NCBI GenBank assembly: GCA_030295235.1 | Contig: AP026142.1 | Coordinates: 372,001 to 436,000, forward strand | Length of the DNA stretch: 64,000 nt | Reading direction: 5' to 3' | From: Fistulifera solaris | Taxonomy: Eukaryota | In this document: positions 1 to 12,685 of the stretch, one piece after another | Position numbering within the stretch: position 1 is the stretch's first letter | Layout of the letters: the number at the start of each line of letters is the position of its first letter | Notes under the pieces: generated by a model | Seen by the model: the letters and a program-made list of their open reading frames with translations, nothing else | What the model was told of the DNA's origin: nothing | Databases searched by the model: none | Program-made: the position numbers and the translations under genes

Positions 1-208
1 TTTAAGTTGGACGATGCAGCTCCGGACGGAACTCTACTTCGACCATTTGCACTTTTTCGAACCTGTTTACCGAGTTCTTAACGAAGATCTTCTCAGAATG
101 CTAGGAGCTATCAAAGAGAATTATCAAACCTTGGACCGATCCATTCTTCTCCGTTCTTCAAAAGGCAAGCCACGACAAACGCCGCGGGACTCGAAACGCT
201 GAATAAGA

Positions 209-3128
209 TCACAATTCATTCAACGAATTCCACCGCGCGACCATGCTTTTGATAGCCTCGCCTTTCACGACCAGTCTACCGTAGTTGCTACTATCGACTT
301 CTGAAGCAATGCCATATTCTCGCATTAGGACTTGTTCCGCTGCGTCCCGCAAAACTGGTTGCTCGTCGCCACTTCGTAGACCTTTTCCAACAACAATTAC
401 GAGATCATGGAACTCATCGTTTGGAGATTTACGGCGCAACTGCTCTAGATGGTTGCGTACAGCTGCGCGAGCCATTGCAGCAGAAAAGCTGTGCAGATCC
501 ATAGCCCGCATATAATTGCCATTATCGTCCCTTGTATTCCGCCAAGGTTTGATTACGTCCTTTCGCATTGCATCGCGAAGAGGCTAAGAGCCATATCCTT
601 TTGCCCTGCATTTTCGAGCGCAAGAATAAGGCTACCATAGCTCACCACGTTGGGTGATAGGCCTTTTCCACTCATTTGCTTCATTCGTTCGAATAGATCT
701 AGGGCTTCGACCCACGCACCGCCTTTTTTCGCAAGCTGCGAGTGCAGCATTGAAACAATACAAATTGAGGCTGTCGTCGTGGGAGTCTTGTATTGCCGTT
801 TGAAGAATACTGAGGGCTCTCTGCCATTGCCCGGCAGCCTCACAGGCACTTATGGCTGAAGAATAAGTGGGCATATCTGGCTTAAGGCCGTCTTCTTTCA
901 TACGCCGGAGAAGTGACAAGGCGCACTCCCACCACTGAAACCCCTGAGGCTCATTATTGCTCCTAGTACTTCCAGACTTCACTGCGACCCTTCGGGCTTC
1001 ATGTTCCGCTTGATTACAACCAATCATAGCTTTTCTGTAAGATAGTAAGTCAGGCTTGTACATGTCGTTCAATACCTCTAGAGCGATGTCTGTTCTTCCA
1101 TTTCTCCCGCAAGCTGATATCAATGAGTTGAGTGCCACGTTCGGTGTCTTCCAATCTCCGTAAAGGCGAAAGAGGACGAGCGCCTCTTCCCACTTGTTTG
1201 CTTTAGAGCAAGCTATCATGGCATATCCCAACGATACGGGATCGATGTAAGATGGTGCTTGTCCCACCACCGTATCACTGGAATGAATGATCGCCACGGC
1301 CTCTGACCAATAGTCAGGGTTTACACTGAGAGCACACGTAATAGCACGCAAACACCCCACATCGCACGGGATCTGAATTTTATTGAATATATTCAGCGAA
1401 TCCTGGATCCGCCCAAGATTTGCGTACGTTTCTATAGCAAAAATAAGAATAGGACCAAGTGACTGCGAATCGAGCTCGTCTCCGGGACAAGAACTTATGA
1501 CCTTTTCGATGCTTTTTTATTCGAGTATCTGCCTCACCCGTTTTGCGCAAAGTAGATGCCAATAAGGCTGACGTTGGACGATTTGTCTCCAAACCATCGC
1601 TCAGAGCTGCGAAATACAAGTCTAAAGCAGCGTCAGCATCGCCTTTGCGCGCATACGCTGTTATGAGGCCGTTATAGGTGATTAAGCTCGGTAGAATTCC
1701 CTTTTCTTTCATTTCTCGAAAAAGTCTCGTAACACATCGGACATTTTCAGCCTCGGCGGCAACCCATATCGCAGCCGTGTACATTTGCAGATCCGGTGGG
1801 ACACCATTGTCTTTTGCATGTTTCAAAAAATAAAGAGCACTATCGACGCTTTTGCATTTTCTACAAACCGAAATGGCCCGAGTATAGGACACTTTGCTCG
1901 GTGGAATAGCTCCTTTGCGATGTCTTCGAGATAAATTCATTTCGCGGATTAACTTCTTTGCTTCATCGGCATCTGGACAGGCTGTAAGAAGTACGTTGTA
2001 GCACGTCTCATCCAGAGCCACGTTGGGTCCGAAACATCCGTTCCGAATATCATCGAAAAGAGATAGCGCTGTCTGATACGATTCATTCTCTGTGCAAGCT
2101 CGCAAAACAGCACGAATACAAATCATATCCGGTAGATCAACAAGTATTCCTCCGAAGGATGCCGCCGAAGAGGACTTGGGGGAGTTGGCCATGAAATGAA
2201 GAAAATCAATCGCGGTTTCAATTCGGTCATTCCTAGCGAGTGCATTCAAATAGCTCGTACAATGAAGAACATTGAGCATCACCTCTTTATCATTCATGTC
2301 TTCCATGATTCTCAAGGCCTCTTCATCGTTCGCTGTGGAAGCACAAACTTGAAGCAGAGCTCCCCAAAGCGCGTCGCTCATGTGAATTTTGTCGCGTTTC
2401 ATATCCTCGTAATAAGCCAATGCACGGGGGATATCTCGGGTTTCGCTCGCCACCAATAAAAGTGGTAAATACATGGCTTTATTACGAACTAGATTCAATG
2501 ATTTCATTTCGTTGAGAAACTCCTCCACTATGGACCATACACGCTTGCGATCCGCCCCTGCCAGATTTCGCGAACAAGCAAATAGAGCCGACTCCCAAAC
2601 AGACTCATCCCAAGCCACATAAAAATACTCTTCCGAAAGTTGCTGCTTCATCAAGTAAGCCTCTTCTATATTGTTGCACAGTCGAAACATTTGGGTCAAT
2701 GTGACAGAAGTCGGCAGCAGATCCGACCGTTTCATCAGGTCGAGCACCGCACGTCCATGAATGAGATGTCCACCATTGGATGCCAAGACCGATAACACAA
2801 AATTGCACAACTCGACATCTATTTGCGGTGTTATCTTTGTCAAAAAAGCTATTATTCGATGATATTCCTTGTGCTTTCCCCATCGCTCGATTGCTTTTAT
2901 CATATCGTCTCGATTGTCGTCGACACCGCGAAATGGCGGCGTTTTGTATCCATCTAATTGATTTTCTCTTCTCACATGAGGTATTCGCCTGCGTTTTCGG
3001 GCACTTCGATTGTTCAAACGTGGATTGGGGCCGCCCCAAAGGACTGTGAGTGACGAAGGTTGAGGCCGATGGTGCAGAAGGAACGGACAAAAAGAACAAT
3101 AAAATGATGTTAGGGCAGATCTTTTCAT
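209..3128 (-). CDS. Pentatricopeptide-repeat protein with C-terminal SMR domain (frameshifted in assembly)
   Basis: ORFs 1380-3128, 632-1360, 553-849 and 209-568 join by frameshifts near 1515, 725 and 570. PPR motifs: PDMPTYSSAISACEAAGQWQRAL, PSLITYNGLITAY, PNVVSYGSLI. SMR motif: MDLHSFS...LVIVVGKGLRS. Confidence 0.88.
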
Positions 3129-4044
3129 GGCGCGAAACCTAGATCAGATTATCTAGTGAATGAGCTGAAAATGGAAGTCAACAAATACAAAGGTTCAGAA
3201 TGGCATTAGCTTGTTCCTATTATTAGTCGCAGTCAAATATCCATCCAGCATCTCACCATGTGGTGCAATAGTAATACTAACACAAAGAAACTCAAAAATA
3301 TTGTTGCGTATTAAGGTTACAGCTAAAATCCAGACTAATGAAAATCCTTCTGAAAATGGGGATACGTTTTGTTCCATCAATATCATCCGACGACCTAACA
3401 GCGACAATACAGATGAAGGTAAACTTATAAGCTTCGTTTCATATTCTTTTCTTTGTTTCGTCTATTTCTCTATTGTGAAAGCAGTGCGATTGCCTGAAAA
3501 CAATGTCATCTTCATTTCCGGGTCTGAAATGAGGCATTGATTCACAAAAGTCACCCCACACTTCAAACCACAGTTAATTGTTAAGGGGAAATGATACTGT
3601 TTGTGTGTCGTACCGTCGTACCTGGTACTCATGTTGACAACGGAAGACTGCAGTTTGAATTTTTAGCTCTGTACGCCGATTTTAAATAAACATGCAAAAA
3701 TCGCGCGCCGCATAATACGACGACTACTACGTATGATTGATCGAGACTTCGACAGCCGTCCACAAGAACTGCCGTGAAGAAATCCGTGAACTCCTTTAAA
3801 GAGAAAGTGATGGACGGCTACTCTTCCGACAGTAGACGCATACGAATCCCTGCAATAGTATTTCGATAAAGAAAGGATACTCAACGATAAAATGTGAAAA
3901 GATGTTTACGGAAGGGTTCGCTTCCAGCGAACATCTCTTGTCAAATTGCCTCACCGCTCAACACCTCAGAGACAAGAAAATCCCTCGCACAAAAAGCACG
4001 AGCATTTCCAAGAAATATTGAAGCACAAGAGATAGAATTTTACC

Positions 4045-7000
4045 ATGTTCAAGACCAAACATCGCAAAGCAACCAAAGATACGAGGGTTAAGAAAGGCGA
4101 TCTAGCCATCGTCACCATCGCGGAAACACCACCAAGCCTCCCCCCCGACAAGGGGGAGTATTGTGCAAGGAGCGAAAAGTCTGCACTTCGAAGAGTTGGT
4201 AGCGCATCGATATGCATCGTTCCGACACGATATTCATGAACTCATTGAGGCGCTGGAAGATTATCACGAATCGATGGTCCATGAGCGCAAGGCACGAACT
4301 AAGGTACGTCTGTGACGAGTGCAGCTGATGTCGAATGTTTTGCAAATTTCTCACAAAGCGTTTTCGCAGGCCTTTCAAAAATTGACCTCTTTTCGAAGAA
4401 TACGCCTTTGGCCGATGTGATTCGTACCAAACCCTCAACATCTACCATTACCCGACGATATGATGCGACCAGCCGCGAGCATGCCGATTTGTTCGAAGAT
4501 CACATCATTGACTACATCAAGGAATGGAGCGACATTGTATCGCACAAGTTTGAGATGGAGATGAAGGAAATGAAAGAATACCGAGAAGAGAAAAAGCGAC
4601 GCAAGCAGCAAGTCAAGCAGCTGCGGTCCCATCGTGATAAGATGTATTCGATCAACAAAGATAAGGCCGAGGAAGAGACTCCCAAATTGCTTTACAAGGA
4701 AGATAAACTCGAAGTCGCAAACCATCGCTACGAGAAACACAAGAAGATTCTTGCTCAAATCATTGAAGAGCTCATTGATGGATCCTGGAAGGACTTGTAT
4801 CCGCTTATGGCTAACATCTACCAACTGGAGATGGACACGACGAACAAAAAGGCTGCTATTCTCGGAGGATTGCAAAGTTCAATCGACAAGTTGTCCAAGA
4901 TTACCAAAGAGCAAGCTTCCTCTCCTAGTTCTGTAAGTAGCAACGCGACTCTTTGGCGCAGCTTGCGAACCGACTGGCTCAATTCCGGACCTGTGCCGAC
5001 TGTACCGACCAAGGATGATACGCAACCGATGGCAAACACCCTCACGACACCCGTCCCGACCATGGGAAAGCGTGACCAGAGTGAAAAGAGGAACAATGAA
5101 GAAAAGCCTCCTATTATTGAAGAAAGAAACATGACGGAGAGGGAGGATATGCCGAAAGATACGGAGCAGAGAGAATCTCTAGGCGAACAAACGTATGCGA
5201 GTCAAAGCGCGGAAAAGCGTAAATTGGACATTGACCAAACAACCAGCTCGCAAACAGTTCAGCCCCTCTACGATCGACAAGCTGCAACTCCCAACACGTT
5301 ACAGGTGGAAGAGGAGCAGCCGGATGAGTCTCAGAGCAAGCAGTCTGGATTGATGGATGCTATTCTCCCTTCATACTTCAAAGGAGATAAAAGGATCAGA
5401 AAAAGGAGCCCTCGGATGAGTTCCAAGATGCACAAAGCTCGGAGCCTCACGACAAGCAACCTGGACTAGTGCGTTCTGTCCTCTCTCCATATTACAAGGG
5501 GAAAGAGAACAAGAGAGATGAAATGCGAGTTGACGAGCCGGAGGAGCAGCACGATAATTCTCAAGAAAAGCAAGGCGGACTCTTGAGCTCTTTGCTTCCC
5601 CCCGTATAGCAAAGGAGAAGGAACGGATCGAGATAACGCTCAGAACGATCGGAACGAAAATTATCAAAGTACACAAGAAGACGAGAAATCAAGTGGATTG
5701 ATGGGGTCGCTTATCCCGCAGTATAGTAAAGGGGAAGGTAGTGATCGCGATAACGTCCAGGACGAGCAGGACAACTACCAAAGCACGCAAGAGGACGATT
5801 CTCGCGACAAGCAACCCGGACTTGTTAGTTCGATAAAGTCGTACATGAAAGGAAACTCTGGTGACGAACGCGACACCACCCAAAACTCGCAACGCATGGA
5901 TTCTCAGAACGAGTCTCGCACAAAGCAAGCTGGACTTGTTGGTTCCATAAAGTCATACTTCAAGGGTAAACCAGACAATCAGGGCAACACCTCAAATAAT
6001 CAAGCTACGTATGCGGAGGAAGGTCAGTTTGATGAGTCTCAAGAAACTGGAGACTTGATGTATGGGACGAATGAGTCAGAGTTGAATCAACCGGCCGCGT
6101 TTGTAGATACGGGAGCATCTCAGAGAAAGGAAGAACACACGAATGAGCATGAGTATGATCGACAGGCCGCATTTTCGGACAATGGACAACTTGAATCTCA
6201 GAGAAGCCAACTATCGTCGTCCAAAAACGTCCAATTCGAAAATCTCGAAAAGGATGATTGGAAGAAGACCAACGATTACATGGGGGAGTCGGAACTGGAT
6301 CAGCCAGCTGCATTCGTAGACACAGGAGCGGCTCAGTCCGAAAGTAATCAAGAGACCGGGTCTCAAAGTGGTCGAATTGACGAGTCTCGTTCTGATTCAT
6401 GGGGAGCGCATCAAATGAATGATCCACAAGGAAGCTCACAAGGCAGTGCGGTCCCAGGCGATGAGCCGGGTTTGTATAAAACCGAAGTTTTTGCAAACGA
6501 CGAGATGGCCCAGAACGAGTCGCCTAAGGAGACACAGTCCAGCGAAGAGACTTCGAAAGGTAACCAACGTGGTGCGTTTGTAGGCGATAAACCGGGTTTG
6601 TTTTCTCGCAATGATCAGTCTTCTCCGAACGAGTTCCAAAACGACCAATTGTCCCAGAACGAATCGCGCAAGGATCAGTCGGGATCTCGTGAGAAACAGC
6701 CGAGTGAGATGAACATTGATCGCATGGTTGAATTCCAAAACGATCCCTTGCGGGAGTTCAAAGAAAGTTCACTTGGCCAGACAAATGAGGATCCATCCAG
6801 CGCTACTCAAGGCGATACGAATGATCCATCGGACTACAATCCATCCAGCGCAACAAAGGACGACGACGCACAAGATGATTCATCCGACAAGTACGCCAAG
6901 TCCGCTGCATTTCTAATGGATCAACCATTGGCCTTTCAGATCGATGAACCTGTCACCTTTCAAGTCGTCGACCAACCGGGCGCTGTAGAAGAGTCGGATT

Positions 7001-7053
7001 CGGCATCCTTTGAAATTTACGAGACCGACCCCAATCAAACCAGTTTCAAGTAG
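4045..7053 (+). CDS. BAR-like helical N-terminal protein with a long acidic, repeat-containing low-complexity tail
   Basis: ORFs 4045-4239, 4312-5469 and 5698-7053 can be linked through a probable intron (~4304-4369, gtacgt...tcgcag) and frameshifts. The charged helical region ends in SWKDLYPL. The BAR assignment is inference. Confidence 0.5.
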
Positions 7054-7290
7054 AAGAATGTCGTGTGAATGTTAACAAAACGGGTGCATGTGAAATTGAA
7101 ATGTTTGTTTCAAGGTTATAACATTAGGTGGTTTTATAAATTTAGCGTATCGTTTCTAAATTCTGAATTACCAGCTCCAAGAGTCTGGCTTTTGATGATG
7201 CTTTTCATGAAATGGTGCTTTGAAAAAGCCCATCAGTATATTGTATGTAGATACATAGTAGGCGTTGAAACGAATGCAAACTGCTGCGCA

Positions 7291-7863
7291 TTAGTTCACT
7301 GTTTCCAGCATACTATCTGGAATTTCTTGTGCCGTGAAACCACGTTTCTCCCGTTCTTCCCGGGTCCATACTTGCGGAACTTTGCGCAATCCCTCCAACG
7401 AATATTGATGCTTCTCAACCAAACGTTTCGTCAACATATCGTACAAGTCTTCTGGCATTTGCGGATGACGGTACATGATCCAACAATATCTTCGATTCGG
7501 AAATCCGACCACGGTGTACATGTAATCTTGATCGTCCAGCTCAATAATCTTGTACGGCATTTTGATGGGCCAGAACGGTGAAACTTTCCAATCACCGGAA
7601 TTTTTCTTATCGCCCAAGACCCATCCCTTTTGGGGCAAACTTCCCATTTTAGATGTCAGCGGTTCTGCCTTGTTGAAATGAAAATCAATATCAATGTCAT
7701 GATTGCTGTTTTCGAGCCACGTGTATCGTTCGACGGCGTTCGAATTGGTCGTTTCCAACATTGTGGGTTTAACGGCAATCACGAACCAATTGCCCATGAA
7801 ACGAGCGGTGTCGCATTGCGGAACGCATTGCATCGGTGCGAAGGAAGAAGTGGATTGTCCCAT
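7291..7863 (-). CDS. Lipocalin (Blc/ApoD-like)
   Basis: SCR1 motif RFMGNWFVIA, YKIIELDDQDYMYTVVG and YCWIMYRHPQM. N-terminal MGQSTS is a possible myristoylation site. Confidence 0.88.
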   Translation of the reverse strand: MGQSTSSFAPMQCVPQCDTARFMGNWFVIAVKPTMLETTNSNAVERYTWLENSNHDIDIDFHFNKAEPLTSKMGSLPQKGWVLGDKKNSGDWKVSPFWPIKMPYKIIELDDQDYMYTVVGFPNRRYCWIMYRHPQMPEDLYDMLTKRLVEKHQYSLEGLRKVPQVWTREEREKRGFTAQEIPDSMLETVN

Positions 7864-7865
7864 TC

Positions 7866-7894
7866 TTGTTGTTGTTGTTGTTGTTGTTGTTGTT
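7866..7894. repeat. (TTG)n/(CAA)n microsatellite immediately upstream of the lipocalin start
   Basis: About 9 TTG units seen directly. Confidence 0.9.
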
Positions 7895-8334
7895 GAGTGA
7901 GGTGATTAGCTTGCGTGAATTGTGTTTTGAATTGCTTGCTTGTAGCGCGGCAGAGAGAGAGAGAGTTTGTCTTTTTTTTTTCTTCTGTAATCGATGCTTG
8001 GCGCGACAACTTTTTGAGAACCGTTGGGAACGTTTCGAATGCTTTCCGTAGTCAAAACGTGTATGAGCTGGCGTGAATGACGATACTGACCTCCTCCTCC
8101 TCCTCCTCGAACATGCGCTGAACACGTCATTCGTGTTTTATTGAGTATCAGTCCCGTATGTGCTCGCATGAATCGATGACCAAAAGGGAATTTATCTCTG
8201 TTTAATATGAAATAAAATAAAGACACGAACGTCAAACATGAACCACAAGATACAGTAACACTGTTCCAATTAACATTTACCAGATACTATAGCCATTTAC
8301 TTTCTGCTGAGTGTAGTTGCATGTCATGAATTAT

Positions 8335-9188
8335 TTAACGATCGCCGTTGGAAATGGCTTGACCGGTCAATCCCGCACGAATTCGCGCAGCACCCGAACT
8401 GACAAATTTAATTCCCAAAAGTGTACCCAAGACCGCTAAAGGTTCATTGACATGATTCCAAATGATTTGGGAACCCAACACGGAGGCAATGCCGGTCGTC
8501 AACACCATCCACGATCGGGTAGATCCTGGTTGCGGAATGCGGTCACGGCACGGAAACTGCCGTCGACAAAGGCACTCGCGGCAACGCCAATGGTCGTAAC
8601 GAGGGCAAAATCGTAGGGATCGACACGCAGCAAGTAGCCCAACAAGACTTGCGCACCACCCAACAACACATTGCGCCATTTGAACGTATCTTCCACAAAG
8701 AGACTGGAAAAGACATTGACGGCCCCAATGATCATCAAGAAGAAGCTTTGTTGCACGGCCGTGATGGAAATGGCCAAGGTGGGGGCCAAAAGCGCAAACA
8801 TGCCGACGGCGAATTGGAGGGTACCTTCCGTGAGAATCCAACCCCAATTCTGGGCGAGACGTTTTTGTTGCCATTCGTATCAAATAGCAAGACGCGTCTG
8901 TTGTCCAGGTATTCGGGGACTTTTTCCGCCTGCTTTTGAATTTTATCTTTGGCTTCATTCAAGGATTCTTTGGCGTTTTCCGCGTTCCACTGCCGGAGAG
9001 AAAAGGTTTAGATTTTGAAGCGAAACGTAACGATATGACAAAGTCTTCATTTGATGGAATGTGCGCACCTTATTATTCGCAGCAAGGCTGGTCGTCTGTG
9101 CGGGCTGTGCTCGAGGCTGCAGGGAAAGGAAAGCGTTCGTCGTGCCCAACAGAAGGGCGACGGTAGTGATGATTGGTGTACACTTCAT
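8335..9188 (-). CDS. Plastid-targeted multi-TM membrane protein, HdeD/DUF308-like (intron 8990-9068; frameshifts ~8790 and ~8510)
   Basis: Signal peptide MKCTPIITTVALLLGTTNA-FL. Splicing gtgcgc...ggcag joins to WNAENAKESLNEAKD. Hydrophobic hairpins GMFALLAP and LGTLLGIKFVSSG. Confidence 0.6.
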
Positions 9189-9771
9189 TTTTCGTTTATG
9201 TTGTTGAAATAGAACGAGCAGCAGGCTGTTTGTGAGAACAGTCGGCTACATGATACAACGTATTTCATGCTAAATTGAAACATCCGAGGTTTGCATCTCC
9301 GAAGATCTTGCGAACTCAATCGTTTTCTTCTTTCTCATATTTTGCGAACCCATCCGAGAGTGTTCAAGTCACGCCTCTATAATACTCGCGCATCGATGGA
9401 ATGCTATTCTACAAAATCAATGGCCTGGGTGAGAAGAAGAAATCTTTCGAAGTCTGGTAGACTTGTGGGTTATAAGTTATAAGACGACGATCTCTTTTCG
9501 ATTTTTTTGTCAAAAATAATAATGTTCACTCTTCAATCACGGATGTGCGTGAAAGAGTGTTGGGAGGAAAACGGCAAACGGCACTGAACTGTGAACCGGA
9601 ACGACATTTCCCGATTGAGCTTTGTGAATGGGTTCCGTCGCAAAGATTTCGTTTGCTTTCACATAATCCGCGTGGCAAAAACAAACTGCTGTATTTTCTT
9701 TTAGGTTCGGGCCGTTTTCGATGCACCTTGCTCCTCATTGACCTCCTTCATTTTCTAAATAACAGTTCATC

Positions 9772-10731
9772 ATGAGATTTTATTTTGCACCGCTATTGAT
9801 CGCTTACGCGACTCTGGCAGTCTCGGCGTTTCAGCCATTGACGACGACGACGAAGACTCCTCTGGCTCGAACGTCTCTCTTTTCCTCGTCCGTTGATTTG
9901 ACTGTATCGGCCAAAACCTATTTACTGGATGTCGCCGAGCGTCTCAAGTCACAAAACGGAGTGTTTATTGTTGATCCGAAAGCACAAGACGAATTACAAA
10001 AGGCGGTACAAGAACTCGAACAGCAGAGTCAAACAATGAAATCACCCGGACCAGAAGCCTACCTCGGTGACTGGACGTTGCTCTGCACTGTCGCGACACC
10101 CAAATCCAATTTCCCCCCAATTCCAATCTTACCCAACAATCCCATCCGCGAGTCGATCGCCCAAGCGTCGAATCAATACGTCAAAGTCGTCCAACGCATC
10201 CGTTCCGACAACAACAGCCAAACGGTAAATCGCGTCGATCACGTGATTGAATACCAACCGCCGGATCAAATTGGTAATGTATTGTCGGCCATTCCCAATC
10301 TCCCCGAAGCCATTGCTAAGCTCAAATTACCCAATCCCTTGCAAGTTAGTAAAAGCAAAGTGGTGCTCTGTCATCAAGCGCAAGTCTCTCCTTCCGACTC
10401 GTCTCTCTTTACCACCAAACTCACGCTCACGAGTGTCGTACTCAATGTCGCGGGGACGTCCGCCATGCTGGATCCTCAAGGAGCCGATGTCTGGGGCGTT
10501 AATTTACCGGGCGTTCAAGACGTGTTGGGACGAGATACGTTCGAGACCACGTATCTGGATGATACATTGCGGATCAGTCGCACACAGGCTGGATTCATTG
10601 ATCAATTGCGGCTCTTTGTGCGCGATCCGCCCACGGTGTTTGGTGAAAAGGAAGATGATGAGTATGTCGTAGTGAGTGAGTTGGTCGATGAAGGCGACGC
10701 GGACGAAGATCTGGCTCCGTCGGACTACTAA
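9772..10731 (+). CDS. Plastid lipid-associated protein / fibrillin family
   Basis: ASAFAP-like presequence (AVSA-FQP), YLGDWTLL, and C-terminal FETTYLDDTLRISR. Confidence 0.82.
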   Translation: MRFYFAPLLIAYATLAVSAFQPLTTTTKTPLARTSLFSSSVDLTVSAKTYLLDVAERLKSQNGVFIVDPKAQDELQKAVQELEQQSQTMKSPGPEAYLGDWTLLCTVATPKSNFPPIPILPNNPIRESIAQASNQYVKVVQRIRSDNNSQTVNRVDHVIEYQPPDQIGNVLSAIPNLPEAIAKLKLPNPLQVSKSKVVLCHQAQVSPSDSSLFTTKLTLTSVVLNVAGTSAMLDPQGADVWGVNLPGVQDVLGRDTFETTYLDDTLRISRTQAGFIDQLRLFVRDPPTVFGEKEDDEYVVVSELVDEGDADEDLAPSDY

Positions 10732-10968
10732 GGAGTTTAAAAATTATATTCGGAGTAAGAAACGAAAGAGGCTACACTCGACAAATACTCTACAATGACT
10801 CTTATGAATTGATTCTTCTTATATTCAATTGACCTTGGGAAAACAACGGAAAGACCTTACGTTTGATAACCATTTTAAATGACAAATCTAAATAGCAGTT
10901 CGGGACAGTCTTTTCAATCTTACGCGGTGCAAAACGTTGAAACGAAAACATCCACTTTGTGACGGAAT

Positions 10969-10993
10969 GGGTGGAGGTGAGAACCTCCGGTTT
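10969..10993 (-). promoter_or_regulatory. Histone 3' stem-loop (H1)
   Basis: Minus strand AAACC-GGAGGT-TCTC-ACCTCC-ACCC, about 37 nt after the H1 stop. Confidence 0.85.
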
Positions 10994-11030
10994 TTGGAAA
11001 AAAAAGATCTTGTCCTTCCAAATACTTTAT

Positions 11031-11541
11031 TTACTTCTTTTCAGCGGCAGGAGCGGCCTTTTTCTTGGGAGCCGCCGGCTTGGCCTTAGTGGCAGCCGCC
11101 TTTTTCGGAGCCGCGGGCTTCTTCACTTTGGGGGCGGTGGCCTTCTTGGCGGCAGGCTGTTTAGCCTTGGTGGCCGTCTTTTTCGGGGCGGCCGCCTTCT
11201 TGGCGGTAGTAGTAGCCTTCTTCTTGGGCTTGGTAGGCGCCTTCTTGGTCGTCGTCTTTTCGCAGTCGTCTCCTTCTTCTTGGGTGCCTCCGCCTTGGCA
11301 GCCTTCTTGGCGGTCGCCGTCGCCTTCTTTTGAAATCGGCCGAGAGCTTGTAGGAATTCTTGTTCTGAACGAATTCACCCGAGGCCACACCGTTCTTCAA
11401 GGCTTGCAAGAAGGTTGCGTTTTGCCACTTCTTATCCTTGGGCATTTTGTCCTGCATGGCCTTCTTGATGGCAATCATACTCGAGCCATTGCGGTCTCCG
11501 AGGCCGGTAATGGCCGAAACAATTCCTGCTTTGTACGACAT
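11031..11541 (-). CDS. H1: Histone H1 (linker histone), frameshifted near 11330 and 11265; 5'UTR intron ~11555-11659
   Basis: Globular domain MSYKAGIVSAITGLGDRNGSSMIAIKK...GEFVQNKNSYKLS and a K/A/P-rich tail. Confidence 0.92.
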
Positions 11542-12272
11542 GATGTTGTTACTTCTGAAAGGCACTGCGGTCAGTTTCAATGCTCCATACAACTACAAGA
11601 GACGTCGCAGAGACTTCAACAGTAATCACTTGCCGCACCAAGACAAGGGATGCACTTACATGGTTGTTTTTGAATCAATCAACTGCTGTTACTATTGATG
11701 CAATGATGGCAAACTTTTCGTCGGTTGCCTTGCAAAAACGCGTCGGCCACCTCTCCCTCCGCCTGCGCCCAATTTTAAATCCTGCGCCAGGATACCTGCA
11801 CGTAGATCACTACGGAGTTGTACATACGTGACATTCTACATGAGTTTCAGTACAAGAATACGAAAATTTGACCTTTGTCCGAACGCGTCCGTTGGGCGCG
11901 CCAGTAGGGAGCTCAGTGACGAAATGAAGCGAGACGGCTTGCAGTCTGCGTTTCCGGCCTTTTGTCTGATGATGATTCAACTTCGAAGAACGAACATGGC
12001 TGTTGGATCGTGACGCCCTTGCAGAGTTGATGTGCGTCGCTAGCTTGTACGATGTGAAATTGCAGGGTGCAACCTAGGTCTAAGGGGTGAAAGAGTGCTT
12101 TTCATTAAAAAGTCGACAACTGAAAAGAGGCTTAGAAAAAAGATCTATTATTTCCAAGTTAATTAAAATATCAAACGCAATCGTTACCAGCTGTTTCCAA
12201 CATGAATTCCAAAACAATGCATATCTAAAGAGCAACGGTCTCGGAATCCAAAAAGTACGGCTTTGTGTGTTT

Positions 12273-12297
12273 GGGTGGAGGTAAAAACCTCCGGTTT
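12273..12297 (-). promoter_or_regulatory. Histone 3' stem-loop (H2B)
   Basis: AAACC-GGAGGT-TTTT-ACCTCC-ACCC downstream of the H2B stop. Confidence 0.85.
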
Positions 12298-12328
12298 GAA
12301 AATCTACAAAGTAGATCATGCCATGCAT

Positions 12329-12685
12329 TTAAGCACTGCTGGAGAACTTGGTCACAGCCTTGGTTCCCTCCGAGACGGCGTGCTTGGCCAATTCACCAGG
12401 AAGCATGAGGCGGACGGCAGTCTGGATCTCACGACTGCTGAGAGTGGCCTTCTTGCTGTAAGTAGAGAGCTTTCCGGCCTCAGTAGCAATGCGCTCGAAG
12501 ATATCGTTGATGAAGGAGTTCATGATGGACATACCCTTCTTGGAGATACCGGTATCGGGGTGGACCTGCTTGAGCACCTTGTAGATGTAAGAAGAGTACG
12601 TCTCGGTACGCTTCTTGCTTTTGGTCTTGGCACCAGCGGCCTTCTTGGGTGCCTTAGCAGATTGCTTGGAGGGAGTCTTAGCCAT
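12329..12685 (-). CDS. H2B: Histone H2B
   Basis: [35 protein letters not shown]...[17 protein letters not shown]. Confidence 0.99.
   Translation of the reverse strand: MAKTPSKQSAKAPKKAAGAKTKSKKRTETYSSYIYKVLKQVHPDTGISKKGMSIMNSFINDIFERIATEAGKLSTYSKKATLSSREIQTAVRLMLPGELAKHAVSEGTKAVTKFSSSA

Noticed and set aside
14..202. ORF at the window edge
   Set aside because: Possibly the 3' end of an upstream gene, but too short to assign.
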